A DNA stretch of 64,000 nt from Hormiphora californensis (GCA_020137815.1 CM035355.1:1612001-1676000), one strand, 5' to 3'. Numbered from the stretch's first letter, positions 11,771-24,653 are shown. The notes: generated from the letters alone by a model not told the origin. Made by a program: numbers and translations.

Positions 11771-12873
11771 AGAGAGATAAAAATAAACTTCAACACACGG
11801 CCACGTTGAATTTCAACACCTGGCTTTCTCCGTCTCTATATCATCCAATTTTGCATTTTCTCTCTCCATCTCTCACTATTTTTCGCTCTCTCACTCCATC
11901 TCTCGCCTCTCCCTCTTTTTTCTTTCTCTCTCTCCATCTCTATAATAACTTGTTCTCTCTCGCTCTTCCCCCAGAACACACGTCGTGTCGTCACTGCGGT
12001 TTAAAACTCGCGTTACTACACCGAGAAGCTATTTTTTCTTTCATAATCCGGAATCCAATCTCCCGAGTCCCGGTGTCACAACTAAACATCACTAACCCCC
12101 TCCCCCTCCTCTCAGTGCCACCCTGATCTTCATCCGGATGACGAGACCAAGTCCCAGGAGTACATCCAACTCCAAGAGTCCTATAACACCCTTCTAAAAG
12201 AGGCTGATAACAACACCCACCACCCCCACAGTAGTACCTACAGGGATCCTTATAGTGGTGGGGAGGATCAGAAGACGGAACAAGATGATACTTTAGATAG
12301 GTATTGTTTGTGTGGCTCACGCTGCATTTTATTTCTCGCTTTGTAAGTGTTCAGTAGATCAAGGTATTGTTAGAGTGTTGGGCTGGTCGCGGAGTTATTT
12401 ATCGTGTCGGTCTACCCCAATCTGCTTAAAACCGGAGCGATAAAACCCCATTGACCTAACACCTATTCCAGGATACGACGTGATCCGATACGTGAGACAC
12501 ACGCTGGGGATCACATATCAGGGACATTGGATCAGGACAATAGTATCTCAACTGCATTCCAGCGACATCTTAATATTGTTGTTATGGCAACTGTTTCTGT
12601 CACAGTGGCTGTTGCAGTCAGTATCTGTGTATATAGAGTTGTCATCTATCTCAGGTAGGCGGTGACAATTCACACATACCTAACAATGTTAGTAACATAG
12701 AACTCTGGTATTTTTTGTGTTTTCTCAAAAGTTCAATTCTAATGACACATTGTTTCATTTCTTCTTTAGTTTCTTGCTAAATAACTGGTTTTTGTTTCAG
12801 CACTGAATCTGAAGGGGATAAACAAAGGAGGGAGGAATATGAGAGATATCGGAGATTAAACACATCTGATTGA
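9459..12873 (+). CDS. Second J-domain/TM protein (tandem paralog), not in the ORF track; host of two nested genes
   Basis: Exons 9459-9514, 10254-10356, 12116-12300, 12472-12654, 12801-12873 give MNIGRCRHTRLIITSQMFRRCISDVHFVRLGLDRGQKLDKKRIKSAYFLKAKQ|CHPDLHPDDETKSQEYIQLQESYNTL, then TM segment IVVMATVSVTVAVAVSICVY. It could extend to 13094 through an exon at 13053 if one A near 12858 is an over-call. Confidence 0.85.
9673..10143 (-). CDS. Secreted stand-alone transcobalamin beta-domain (DUF4430-like) putative cobalamin-binding protein; intronless, nested
   Basis: Signal peptide MLRFILFLIPVLLPTLSA. Pattern TILDAMETAQ..LSFTAT..HGALVTEIDGV.A....QYWELW..KGAS.W matches the C-terminal domain of transcobalamin/intrinsic factor/haptocorrin. 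Confidence 0.8.
   Translation of the reverse strand: MLNNMLRFILFLIPVLLPTLSAKDITLLVIKHLDSPHTDTFDLTLAISNLPEHATILDAMETAQNAGNLSFTATQDKAHGALVTEIDGVEADWAGKYQYWELWVEEQEEQGDGPRWEVEGRELVRASKGASRWVTGQQREFVMWRLKTWQGGDDCV
10587..11072 (-). CDS. Intronless protein with basic region, coiled coil and acidic tail (bZIP-like but atypical); nested
   Basis: 161-aa ATG-initiated ORF. Basic tract KERTKRRREYHRTYYHRVRKHKTRK; heptads LERRVDSLEVRLEHVCRELQDLKELL; acidic C-terminus. Confidence 0.6.
   Translation of the reverse strand: MENNDQQTPGKERTKRRREYHRTYYHRVRKHKTRKSGTVGDHHQLIADFPPSLAIDNHAPTILQSLPEIRQFDQTTNNNENNLERRVDSLEVRLEHVCRELQDLKELLRSFLIPALSTDQGQFEQEGGLEEEGDVMGDMMGGVEEWKEEQDDICTKTEPCT
11194..11380. mobile_element. 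~187-bp MITE-like insertion with G/C-run termini
   Basis: (G)nTACAC.GAAGTT..AACTTTGCTGTGTCT(C)n arms; inner arm AAAGTTTCACGCTAGT/ACTAGCGCGAATCTTT; flanked by a 29-bp direct repeat. Confidence 0.7.
11694..11778 (+). repeat. (AG)n microsatellite; others at ~20186-20310, 41049-41129, 49414-49473, 50544-50646, 55338-55436, 60656-60698, 62314-62421, 63660-63749
   Basis: Read directly. Confidence 0.97.
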
Positions 12874-13464
12874 AGACTACTACCATTCGGTATCTCTACA
12901 AAATTCAAGATCTTTAATGAAGGAGTTTCACATAAAAAAGGTTTGTGGTAGGGCCTTTATTTATACTTTATCAAGCTGGTACAGGTCACAATTCCGGGCC
13001 TATTTTGGGGCAAATTATCTCGGCCGGTATTTTACCAATAATTTTGTTTCAGGATACGTGGGCGACTGGTGAAGCAGAACGGTTGAACAGCTAAATGAAG
13101 ATACATGGTTCTGACATCGGGTGTATAGTAGTATACGGAGAGTGTTTACGTTTTGGGATACCATTGAGGATACCAGGCTTACTGGCTAGGCAGTTTACTA
13201 ATTCTATTTTGGGTTTAGGAAATCGATATTACAGACTTTTTTAAAGGCAATGGTAAAGCTTTTCAACATACTGAGCTGTTCAAGCAATAATAATATTAAA
13301 ACGGAGACCAATCAAAATCGGTTTTACAGTCAAAATAATTTAATATAACGGTCTCCAAATGTTCCTGGAGAAAGTGTCATTATTCAGAATCCTGTTTGGC
13401 GGCGCTAATCCCATTCTCAGGGGTGTTGGCGCTGTCAGACAGTTTGTTCAATACTGAGTCCATA

Positions 13465-15154
13465 CTACTTCTTCATGATTGAAGGGATGGTACTGTAGTG
13501 TTTTCCCAGGATGTACTCTTCAGCTCTGATGGCAGGGTACTTTGCTTCCTCGCCTTCTTTCTTGTAGTCACCAATACACTCAATCTAGGGAAGGGAATTC
13601 GAAGTTATAATGTTCGAAAATGAAAGCACTTTGCTAGGATTTGTTGATGGGGAGATGGAGAGAGTTATTAAGTAAGGGGTACTCAACAAAAAGAGAAAGG
13701 GTTGCTAATTGGGACAGCACCTAGAACCTACCATGACGTTCTTGCCAGGATTCACGAAGAAGGCCATGCTCTGTCTCCTGTTGTTAGTCTTGCTGGCACC
13801 TGATAGTGATACAACTCTGTGTAGTGTGCTCCTCCAACTATCGTTACTCCACCTCTGCATCATGTCACCTGTGGGAGGGGGGTTAGAACAAGTTACGGGG
13901 GGAAGAGATGAGTTGGTGAAGGATTGGAAGGGTTTGAACTTGTGGAGTAACAAGTGACTAAACTAGATGGTAGTCTGTAGTGTCTCACCAATGTTAACTA
14001 GAAGACATCCAGGGGGTGTGCTAACATTCTCCCATTCTTGTCCTGGTAGTTTTACCTGCAGTTGGAAAACTTTATTATGGCATTTGATATCATGACTCCC
14101 TTGTTATGCTGTCAGAGCATTGGCCTGATCCTGTTCTCATTTCTTTCCTGTTCTACACGAGAGACCCGCGGTCAGAACATTGGTCTGCCAGTTGTAATGT
14201 GAGTCAAAACATTGTCACACAATTATCTCTAACCTGTAGTCCCCCTACATTGTCCTGACCCAGAATAGTTAGAACACCGTAGTCAGTGTGCTGTGATGCC
14301 CTTATCCTATCTGGACCGGGCTCCACATGTGGGTAGTTCAGGAGTCGGAATACTGTCATGTTTTCTATAGGAGGAGAGAGAGAGTTGGAAAGGGATTTGT
14401 GGGGTTGTTACAAATTGAAGTTTCTCTCAGTGTCGGGTTTGGAAATGGAAGTTGCTTGGTAAAACTGTTACCTTGGGTATCAGGGAATTTGTCTTCAAAA
14501 AAGTCGACTGGCTGGCGGAGAACAACTGCAAATACATGAAGGATCTTCTTGGTAAGCCTCCACATGGCCTCTGTGTATTCCTTTACTATGGGCTTGAAAT
14601 CTGCTGGTGTATCGGGCCATCGGGGCTCCGCTACCTAGAGGGGTGGGAGAGAAATGGAGTGAGAGAGATAGGGTTCCTCGGAATGAATCTGGACAAGTCA
14701 AGGAGGATTCTAATTGGGTTGTAATGAGAAAGTTATGGGAATATTTACCTTGATATTATAGGTCTCCTTTGGATCAGGGGTTACACCCTCCCCTGTCAGG
14801 CTCTGTGATAAGATCTCTGCCTTCTCCCACCCGTAAGGGTAGGATGACGTCATTGCAACTTGACCCTTGATACTCTCCTCTTGGTCGTAAAACTCACGGG
14901 AAATCGCTGAAAAAAGGAAGTTGTGTCACACACTACACTATCTCGTGTCAATCAGGTGAATGATGAATCACTGTGTGTTTCTTACCGAAAGTGTTCTTGA
15001 TAAGTTCATCACTCACTCCATGGTTCTTGACCACAAAGAATCCCACTTCTCGAAGAGACTGCTCAGCGGTATCAACTAATGCCTGGTCTATCTTGCCGTC
15101 TTGAAGTAGACTCAGATCCAAGATGGGTAATGCTCGTGCGTTGAAGGTCGGCAT
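13465..15154 (-). CDS. 2-oxoglutarate/Fe(II) dioxygenase, isopenicillin-N-synthase-like family (DIOX_N + 2OG-FeII_Oxy), 7 exons
   Basis: Motifs LPILDLS, GFFVVKNHGV, DPKETY, RLLNYP, ASQHTDYGVLTIL.QD.VGGLQV (HxD), VNIGDMMQRWSND..RSTLHRV (distal His), RQSMAFF.NP (RxS). Ends ...YSTIPSIMKK* at 13465. Confidence 0.93.
14109..14191 (-). mobile_element. Family A mini-transposon
   Basis: Same core; TSD TTGTTATG/TTGTAATG. Confidence 0.8.
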
Positions 15155-16550
15155 GATATGTACTGTGGTGTATTATAGGCTGTGTGAGGCTCTCGATCTA
15201 ACGATCTGGCACAAACAAGTTGGCTTAGTTGACAAAGAACTACTGAAACAAAGGACAATCTGCACATCAAGAAAATGGAACCGCTTTTTAAGATGCGTTT
15301 TAAAAAAAACAAGATAACAAGTATGTACTAGGGCAAGCTAAGGGCGGTAATTGATTTTCAACATGACGGTGTAAAACTCTAAAACAGGTTTAAAACCGGA
15401 AACGCTGCGAGAGAGAAACCTCTTCGACAAGGGGGGGGGGGTAGAATGTTCTACGGTTCTAGTGTTTGTTTTGTGGAATAGACATCTCTCGATGAGAGAG
15501 AGAGAGAAAAAGAGAGAGAGAGGGAAGTAGGGTGTACTAGTTAGAGAGCTTGAGTTCCACATATGTTACATCTGCATAGTTCAGGTATCAGTTTTCTTCA
15601 AAGTCCAGGAATATGTTAATTTGGGGCGTCCTCAGGCCACTTCAGCGAGGGGCATAGCACTAGTGGGACATATTACAAGCTCTAGAAGTAGTGGCAGTAC
15701 TCAGTACTGGAAGTTAGCTGATTGGGCCAAGGAATAGCGGAAGTTATTTGTTGAAGCATATGTATGTCAAGCAGTCCAGGTCTTACTGAGTGAAAAATGA
15801 AAATATGAAAGCCCCCAGACTGAGTAAAACTCTTGTAATAAACCATTCCTTCTGTAGAGCTTAGAGCTGGACCAAAGAAATATCCACATATGAGATGTGA
15901 ATGATGATCTAAACTGTCTGCTGCTCGGCAGCCTTTTATACCACCTGCTTCCTCTCCCAAAATAAGCAAAACTACTCATTTATTAAGTTCACTCCAATGA
16001 AAAAGCAAAAGTAAATACATATCAACTTTTGGCTGCCGTGTCAGTACTATCCTAGCAAGCTTAGATTAGGTATGACCTTATAATTTATATGTATGACCCA
16101 GCAAAGCTATTCGTTCTAAATACTATCATTAGAGAGTCGGCTCTGCATATTGACGATTATTATGATCATAATGATTCTGTTCGTGTGTCTCAAAGGTAGA
16201 TGCACTAAAGAAGTAGCCACTACTCACTTGGTTGACAGAGGCCAAGCAACCAAATCGATAACACGTTCGATAATAGTAATACATTCTAGAATTCTTGGTG
16301 CAGTTCAAACAGGGTCGTTTCTTGGAATGTGAAATCTGAATTTCGGTACAACTGACGTGTTTATCTAGACCTCACCACGCGTCAAGAAATGAATTCATTA
16401 ACGAATAGGGCCCCAGTGTTATCTTATCGTATCCTCTGAGACTCGAAGTATCAGGTTCAAATAAGAAAAGTGGTAAAACAAGTTATACACATATGATATG
16501 GTAATTTTATGTTGAACAGGAAGCTTTATGGCCCCGACAACTCGACTCCT

Positions 16551-16606
16551 CTGTCAGGCCAATGCGTGAGAGAAATGAGAATAGGGTCAGGCCAATGCTC
16601 TGACAG
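16551..16606 (+). mobile_element. Family A mini-transposon, internally deleted
   Basis: TSD CGACTCCT/CGATTCCT. Confidence 0.8.
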
Positions 16607-16703
16607 CGATTCCTAGCCCCGCATGCCACATAATATATTGATATCAGTTATACGGCGTTCTATGATTTGAAATATGTTTTTATTTGATTGTCGTTTATGA
16701 GTA

Positions 16704-18381
16704 GGGTAGACCGGGGTAATTTGGACGGTTTTTGCATTCAATTGGTATTTCAAGAGCCATTAATTTACTTAATCAATTATTTAGCTACTCAATTTGTGCA
16801 ACTGAACCTTTATCTTGAGCCTCAGAACAAATTTGAATCGAAAACATAACTTTTAGATAGCTAATTAACCTTGTTAATGAAGGTAAGTCGGAATATTTTT
16901 GATCGCGAGACACGGGGCAATTTGGACTAGTGGCTTCTACACCAATCACAATGCGCGCATTCAGTCACGTGACCGCGACACACCACATTGCCCCAGCTGT
17001 AAATCTGCGATGTAAATCAGACCGAGGTTGGGGCTATTTGGACAAACTTAGATTGTAGCCACAGTTTTTGAGATATCGATTTCAAACTTTTCAGTCATCT
17101 AGTAATTTAGTATCCCGTGCTATTCCTTTTTTCAAAATTAGTTAATTAAGTAGTAATTAGCCTAATTAACCAAAAAATTAAGTGTTCATCAGATCTATAT
17201 CTATAGGGTGCATTTTCGAAAGCTCAGGATTAGCCTAGTCGATTAGAAAAAGATTTAATCTAATCCCAAATAGGGTTTTTGAGAAAATCGACATCAAAGA
17301 TAAAAGAAACCACAAATAAAGCTACGGTTTTCAAAGGAATGCTGTTTGTGTTTTCAGGTGCTTACAAGGCCAGAAATTACTATTATGGGGATCCAGTCTA
17401 ATTAATCATGTTAGTGGCCGATTCCCACTCAATGCAATTCCATGGGGTTACTATAGCAACGGAGTTTGTTACCATAGCAACCGGCGAATTTGCATTAATG
17501 TACTATTTTCTTGCTCCAAATTCACCCATTACATCCGTATTATTAGACTATCGATTATTTAAACATGATTGTGAGTCACAATGAGACATCAGACTACCTT
17601 CAGTTACCAGCCAGTCAGTGGCTTTGGTTATCAAATGTATGCCTATTGCTCTAAGTTAGCCTGTAATTTATACCTTTATTCAGTTATATCAGCTGCATAT
17701 AATGGATGATTATCAAGATAAAACACTACTTTTGGTCATCAAAGCACCAGTCCTAGATATTCTGGAGCACCCTATGAAGTTGGTTTGTCGAATGCCACAC
17801 CATGGATTGACTTGTTACCTTGGCATCCAGAGAATTGGTTGTAAAATGCGCCTTTTTCTATTTTTTTTGGTCTATTTACTCATTTTTAGCCATCTATATT
17901 GATTGAATAGGATAATTATGAAAGCAGGTTGTCTATGGTTACCATAGAAACGAGTATAATGGCGCCATGAGGCCAATTTGTTTTAACCAATTTGCCCCAT
18001 GGGGCAATTTGGTCTAGTCCAAATTGCCCCATGGGGCAATCTGGATTATGACCGAATTGCCCCCGATTTTTTCGTCCGAATTGCCCCAAATTGTCCGAAT
18101 TGCCCCGCTTCATTAAAATGCCAATTAGCTAATTAAATCGAAAGCTAATGTCATTTTGATGATGAAACTGAATAGAAAAGTATCATATTGTGAAATTCTG
18201 ACCCTTAATTTAAATAATTATCATAATTAAGTTTACCGAAATAAAGTTTAACTTTAAAGTCGTCATTTTTCGTTATTTCACACTAAACACCACAATTTAA
18301 AAGTCCCATATAAATCACTAGTCCACATTGCCCCGTCCTGTGACCACATTGCCCCACCGTCCAAATTACCCCGGTCTACCC
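16704..18381. mobile_element. Non-autonomous Tc1/mariner-pogo-type DNA transposon, 1.68 kb
   Basis: Perfect 26-bp TIR GGGTAGACCGGGGTAATTTGGACGGT, with TA on both flanks (16702-3, 18382-3). Repeated subterminal TTGCCCC/GGGGCAA motifs; no transposase ORF. Confidence 0.9.
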
Positions 18382-18940
18382 TACGAAGAAATTGGAATTG
18401 AATTTTGTTAACATGTTTTTGAAGGGGTTTTAATTTATTAACGTGTGTACCATCTTTTGCAAATCACTTATTTCCGAGTTTCTTATTTGTTCTATACTTT
18501 GTAATGTGACAGGAGTTACCGGATGCTGACCACTGCTCCGTCTAACGAGTTCCTCCTTACACAACTTTGTCACCGCTGTGAGCACGATAGGCCTCACGTA
18601 ACCTCATGCCCTTCGGCCCACTGTCAACAGGACAACAGGAGAGACTACCATTGTGATCCCCCCGGCCCTAAATGCATAACCATATTTCATTGAGTCTACA
18701 TTGGACTAGCTGTCCCTAAATTCTGAGAACACGGAGTCTAAAGTATATGCAAGGTGAAGAATGGGGTAAGAGGGATGGGATGAGAAAGTGGTGAATTATT
18801 CGTGATTAATCACAGCTTTCATTCTCGCACCCTCATATGAGATTTACATAGCACTGCAATACCATTACCATAGACACAGCTAGCAACTTGAATTGTGAAT
18901 CACATACAACCCATTTCATTCTTCCACAGTCTAATTCGTC

Positions 18941-19020
18941 CTGTCAGGCCAATGCTCTGACCACAGTTCTCGCGCTCTATTTGAGAGAAACGAGAATGGG
19001 TCAGGCCAATGCTCTGACAG
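18941..19020 (+). mobile_element. 80-bp mini-transposon, family A, best-preserved copy
   Basis: CTGTCAG..CTGACAG termini, GTCAGGCCAATGCTCTGAC directly repeated at both ends, perfect 8-bp TSD AATTCGTC. Confidence 0.88.
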
Positions 19021-20203
19021 AATTCGTCAGATCTGCAGACTTGAGGAACTGCACCCAGTTCCAACTTCCTAACACAGTTCTAACACATCCGTGCCACGCT
19101 GATGCTGCTTGTTCAGGGAGGAGTGCAGTGCGTTCAAATTTTGTTGGCAGAAAAAAGGGGTGCAGCTCAGTGGAACTCTTCCGGCTGTTCGCGCAGTACA
19201 TTGTACTGTACACTGTTATACATTGTGTGTAATGAGTACACGCGCGCACAGAATCATTTGATTAGGTTACGGCGCGTCACATGATCGTTTGGGTAAAAGT
19301 GTGACAAATGTGACAAGTACAATACAATTCCATCGGGCTGAAATAAAAGTTCTTGATTATGGGAATGTGAGAGAATTAAAAAGAGAAAACCACTAATCCC
19401 AATCCCTCATTATTCTCACAATAATTTTATATTTTATTCATCCATCCTTTTATGGGGGGAATTGAGACATTATATGCTCCATTTTACTATCGTTAAATAT
19501 GTAGCTCCAGCCAATATGTTGAAATAAATTTGAATATTTCTTTATGTACTCGGTTTAGTTCCCTCTCCATTCTCCACCTTCTTTACAGACTTCATGTTTT
19601 GGGAGACCTAATTTAAAGCAATCATGCCTTCTTCAACAAACCCAATTGAAACAAGGAAGCCTAAACTTTCCCTCTTGCTCTGTCTACTGTTCCTCTTTCT
19701 TTAATATCGTCAATTAGACATAGCCCTTTCCCCATGTGGGCCCGAGAGGAGAGAAGGAGAGAGGTAGAGAGGTAGAGATTAGATGGAGTGAAGCCTCGCA
19801 TAGAAATTAATATTTTAGTGATTTAAAGTTCTCCTCGGACTTTGGAGTAATGAGTATTCTATTGTCCTGGGTTTTGTGTTGTTGAGTAACAAGTTTTGTG
19901 TGTATTACAAACCCACGGCCCAGGTGCCTATTGTGTCTGTTTTCAGTCCTTGTATATCTCGTAACAATATCGTCTCTGTATCTACCCTACCTATTTTATC
20001 ACGCACCTCTTAGAACACGAAACTACACACACGGGCACCATGAGTCAGTTCACGTTGTGTCTCCCCCATTTCCCATGAGCTATAGGGGACCAATTTGAGT
20101 ACAGTTCTGCACCTGATCACTATTTTCTATGATCCAGGTAGCCCTAAATTTGTGATCTCACAATGGAATGTAGAGAAAGAGGGAGTGAGAGAGAGAGAGA
20201 GAA

Positions 20204-20264
<61 letters not shown>

Positions 20265-20265
20265 G

Positions 20266-20310
<45 letters not shown>

Positions 20311-22277
20311 AATTGGTATGGATGTGTGATTGATACTAGCAGCACCTGTGGCTTTTAGATCACTACCAATTGCTAGCTGAGGGTCGGTGAGTGAGAAAGT
20401 TAAAAAGAGAGAGGGGGAGAGAGGGCGAAATAGGTGTTGAGCCGTTTATTGATCCTGGTCCTTCTTTATCTCGGCATAACCACGATATAATATTATGGGA
20501 GTCGATAGGGAGATAAACATATTATAGAGATTCAGAGAGATAGATACTAGATAGTGTGTTAGAGAAAAGAGATAGAGAGAGATAAACATATAGAGAGAGA
20601 TAGAGAGAAAGGGAGAGAGAGAGAGAGATAGAGAGAGGTAGAGATCATCCGTTCTTTAGCACCATAAAATCCAACAAAACAATCAGTGCAGATCATGCAG
20701 TGTGCTGATGACCGTTCACCGTTTAGCAAGGACTTGTTGGTCACCCCTCTTGCTATATAGAACCTCTCCAGAATTGATCTATCCCCCTTTTGTCTGGCCA
20801 ACCTGTTCTCACATGCTACCAAAAACCAAACGGAGGGATGGCTAATCACCCCCCTGTACTGGTTTGTTTAGCCCTGAATTTCCTGATCTTTAGTTTGTGC
20901 ATCACTTTGGGCGTGTATCTTTAAATTCCTTGTTGATTAAAGGGTGAGAGACACCCCTTACTCAACAAGTATTTCCCACACAGTTCCTCTTTTTTGTATT
21001 TTCATATCTCGTTTCTACCTCCATATTTTCTATTTTGTGTGTTCCAGCTTTCTAGCTACGTCATTTTGTTATTTGAGCTTCATATTCATTTCACTATAAT
21101 CACTGTGTACTTGAGTACCCCTTACTGTACATGATTCCATGCACATTCTAATTTCGGATATTTCTGGAAAATTAAAATTGTTGTTAAACCCCCACCGAAG
21201 CAGAGAAATATGTAATTTCATGAGCCGGGTATGCGTGACACGCTGAGAGTACCTAGAACTGTATACTTGCAGCAATGCTAATCCCAATTAAAGTATCCTT
21301 CCCTAAATATATATATGTCACAACAAACATACTAAATATAACATCCCTTGTGTGACAGGTCAGCACACAGCTTACACAGCTGTTGTTGACGTGCTGTGTC
21401 ATTAGTCGCTCTCATGCAGAGCTGGGCGGGGGTTACTGATCTTTAGATGAACTATAGGAAATATTTGTAGCAACTTTGTAGGGTACAGCACGTGAGTTAG
21501 GTGTGACAAGTTATATTAGGGTAAACTGAATATATCTCATTATCTAAAACTTGTTAGTTGCCTAGTTGCCAACTAATGTTACATCTCATACTATAGCTAT
21601 GCCGTCTTGTTAGGAGCCCTGATACAAGCAACACATATCTAATGTGCCCTGGCCCCTGAATATATACCCCCTGCACGTGGTGTGAGTGATGTTAGAGTTT
21701 AGACGCACTGTATATCAAGTTGCTCTAGCTACATCTTTACATGAGGGGGGAGCAACAAGAGATTAATATAGACCAGGGCTCCATTAATCTCTAGTCAATA
21801 TTGTTAGTCTCCGCTTTTGATAATTGCTAGTGAATATATCATTCTCTATAACATATTTTCTGAAAACGCCCCACCGCATGCGACCACATGTTTAGTTGGT
21901 ATGAAGCTTCAAGTTTACCTCAACTCTGTTAGTAATATATTATTTATGTATTTATGTCAATATTTAGTACTTTTCCGCCTCTATTTCTTCTCGTTATTCA
22001 CAAGCTTATTTGGCGTTGCTAGTTGCAGATTGAATTTCTTGTTCAATGACCGAATCTAATGGAGATTCATTGTCGTTAAGGTTGCGTACGGGAGACTTGT
22101 CCAACTATGCCCACATGTACGTAATGACAACAATTCCTGTTCTGCCACAACAATAGAGCACGCTGTGGTGACTGCATGATATATGCACAGTAACCTACTT
22201 TAAGTGCTTTTCAATTTCACCCGAGTACCCTGCAGCTCTCTCGTTTGAAAGAGATGTATGCTGACATGGACAAAGAC

Positions 22278-22320
22278 CATGGAGCGCGCGAGAACTGTGG
22301 TTAGAGCATTGGCCTGACAG
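22278..22320 (-). mobile_element. Family A mini-transposon, half copy
   Basis: One end unit only; ACAAAGAC repeated on both sides. Confidence 0.7.
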
Positions 22321-24585
22321 ACAAAGACCGCTATATCGTTGTTGAGTCAGGGGTTACCCCTTACTCAACAACCCTATCGCTATTGTTTCGTCTCGCTCTA
22401 GACAAGGACTTGTCTCTATTAATCTCTCTATCACTTGCACTCTCTCTCACTCTCTTTCTCTTTCTCTTTCGTTCTTTCCTTGTCTCATAATTAAATACTG
22501 CTAGTTGCTACGAATAAGTTATTCTAATATTTTATTTACGTGGGAATTTTGATTTTATATGGTAGAAAGAGAATGCATTACATCATATAATAAATGGTCC
22601 CAGTATATTATAATAGTGAAAGGATGTACTCTAATCGATTAAAACTGGACAAATTTAGTGGCCGATTATGTTATTTTCTCTCTCCATTCATAAGTAATAC
22701 GATAAATGCATACTGGTATTAAAAGAAGAAGCACCAAATGGTTTGTTGTCAGATGGTTAGGGTAATGATATAACGCTGAGAAGGGTTTTAGAACGCATTG
22801 TTGAGTAAGGGTGGGAGGATTTCGATTCAAGCTCTTTCGCCACATACGGCTTCGTCAGGAATTTAGAACTCAATAAATAGTTTTACGCTGTAGTTGATGA
22901 AAGCAGCTGACGTACTGCATAACCTTTTGTATCACATGCATTATGCAACGACACGCTTATATAGGTTTCTAAATTCTAGGGCACTGTACATCTCCCAGTC
23001 CCGAAGGCCTAATTAGTAATTACCCTACAACTATGACCCTATAACTTTAGCCCGTTCTTGAGCTCTCCTTTTGTTTCCAATGAAATCTTTAGTGTCATGC
23101 CTTGTTGAGTAACACTAACTCAACAAGTCATACCTCATGTGATCTCACTAACATGTATTCGTGTGGTCTCACTGACCTGTAGGTTGTATTCGTGTGGTCT
23201 CACTAACGCGATAGTGAGACCACACGAATCATTTTAACGTGTAAACTTAGTTTATCAGCCCAGGTGATGTAAACTGTTATATCCGGTAGCGGTACACATC
23301 ACACATGGGTGAACAACAATGGAGGTTAATGAACTATTGCTGAAGTAGTTTCCCAGGTCCCTGAAGTTGTCCTAATATCTTGGTTAAGCGGTTCCGGCTT
23401 TGGTATTTAGCATCTTTTGGATACATATTAGCACGCTTATTCAAAAACTCATATAACTTGGATATGAGGATTCCATTCATGAATTGCTTCTATCAGAAGT
23501 TTTAACACCCTATCATTATAATATGATAAAGCCCTAGGAATTCCTATAATATATCGCCCATTAAATATGTTGCATTGTGAGGCGACAAGTATTAATATTA
23601 CCCACTTATCAGCGACAATTATTAATATTACCATTTATGCCATATTTCTGTAACGAATTCCTTCCATTACAATATCCTAATTTGGTGTGTCGCTGCATTG
23701 TGTGTATTGGATTATAAATACTTGCTTTATGCTGGTATGCCACACATATTGAGCTAATAATATTACATATATTCTATGTAATTAATTAAGTGAGAGGAGA
23801 GCAAGAGAGAGAGGGGACAGGGAGAGACGGAGTTATTATAGAATATAGCTAGTAAACACTCCATAGACAGGAGCACCAGCTCGTCTGTCGCAGCAAGTCA
23901 TTGCTAATTATCGATAAGTTATATAACTCATGACACATATTATCATTAACAAGTTTCAAGGACAACTTTATGAACAGTTTATGCATGTAATTTATGTAGA
24001 GTGGGTTCGACGGTCGGCCTAGTAAACGGTAGCTGATTATAATTGTAGTCGCTGATTTGTTTTACTTATTTTATGATGACCTCGTGAATAGCACCACGGC
24101 CACCGGACCTTTGAAATTCTTTATTAATTCTGTGAAACATGATTTATATATTGATTGTTTATTAGCAAATGCAGACGGTGTTTGAAAACAAGGTGGCAGC
24201 ATATATACTTGTTTTCTCCTTACCTGCATTTCAGCACATATACTGCAGAATGTAGATACGATATCCCATTTGTCTGCATTAAACACAGTATTTTTCTTTG
24301 GATAAAGTATTGTCTGTAAAGACAAAAGTAGTAGAAGATCCTTGTGTCTGTATATTGTGTATACTCAGAGTTCTCTGCGGTAGTATAATTAGATGAGTCG
24401 AGCTGATTACCGGAATGATTCTCTACTATTTGCGGGGGCACAGAGCGGGGACCAGCTCTATACCACTTTCCTTCCGTAGCTTACTTTATAATTCCTCTTC
24501 CTCATTCCTCCGATCATTGATCTCCTTTTCTTAACCTCATCTGTGCTGTAGCTAGTCTTTGAGTTTCGTCGGTCGATAGTCGATA

Positions 24586-24653
24586 CAATGTATATCGGAC
24601 CCCGATTTATCGGCCATTTCCCCCGAGGATCCCGGTAAATCGGGGTCCGATTG
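24586..24653. mobile_element. Small Tc1/pogo-like MITE
   Basis: Perfect inverted arms ATCGGACCCCGATTTA..TAAATCGGGGTCCGAT; TA at the right end. Confidence 0.7.

Noticed and set aside
12871-12940. TGA read-through or selenocysteine in the second J-protein
   Set aside because: The frame stays open after the TGA, but I saw no SECIS element; a true stop or a 1-nt error is simpler.
13465-13585. Coelenterazine-linked FYY protein
   Set aside because: The C-terminus is SIMKK, not FYY.
15560-16000. Short ORFs upstream of the oxygenase
   Set aside because: No recognisable motifs or consistent splice structure.
18941-19020. Repeat-spacer-repeat unit resembling a minimal CRISPR array
   Set aside because: The context is eukaryotic, the two-repeat units are dispersed and have TSDs, the 'spacers' are related to each other, and there are no cas genes.
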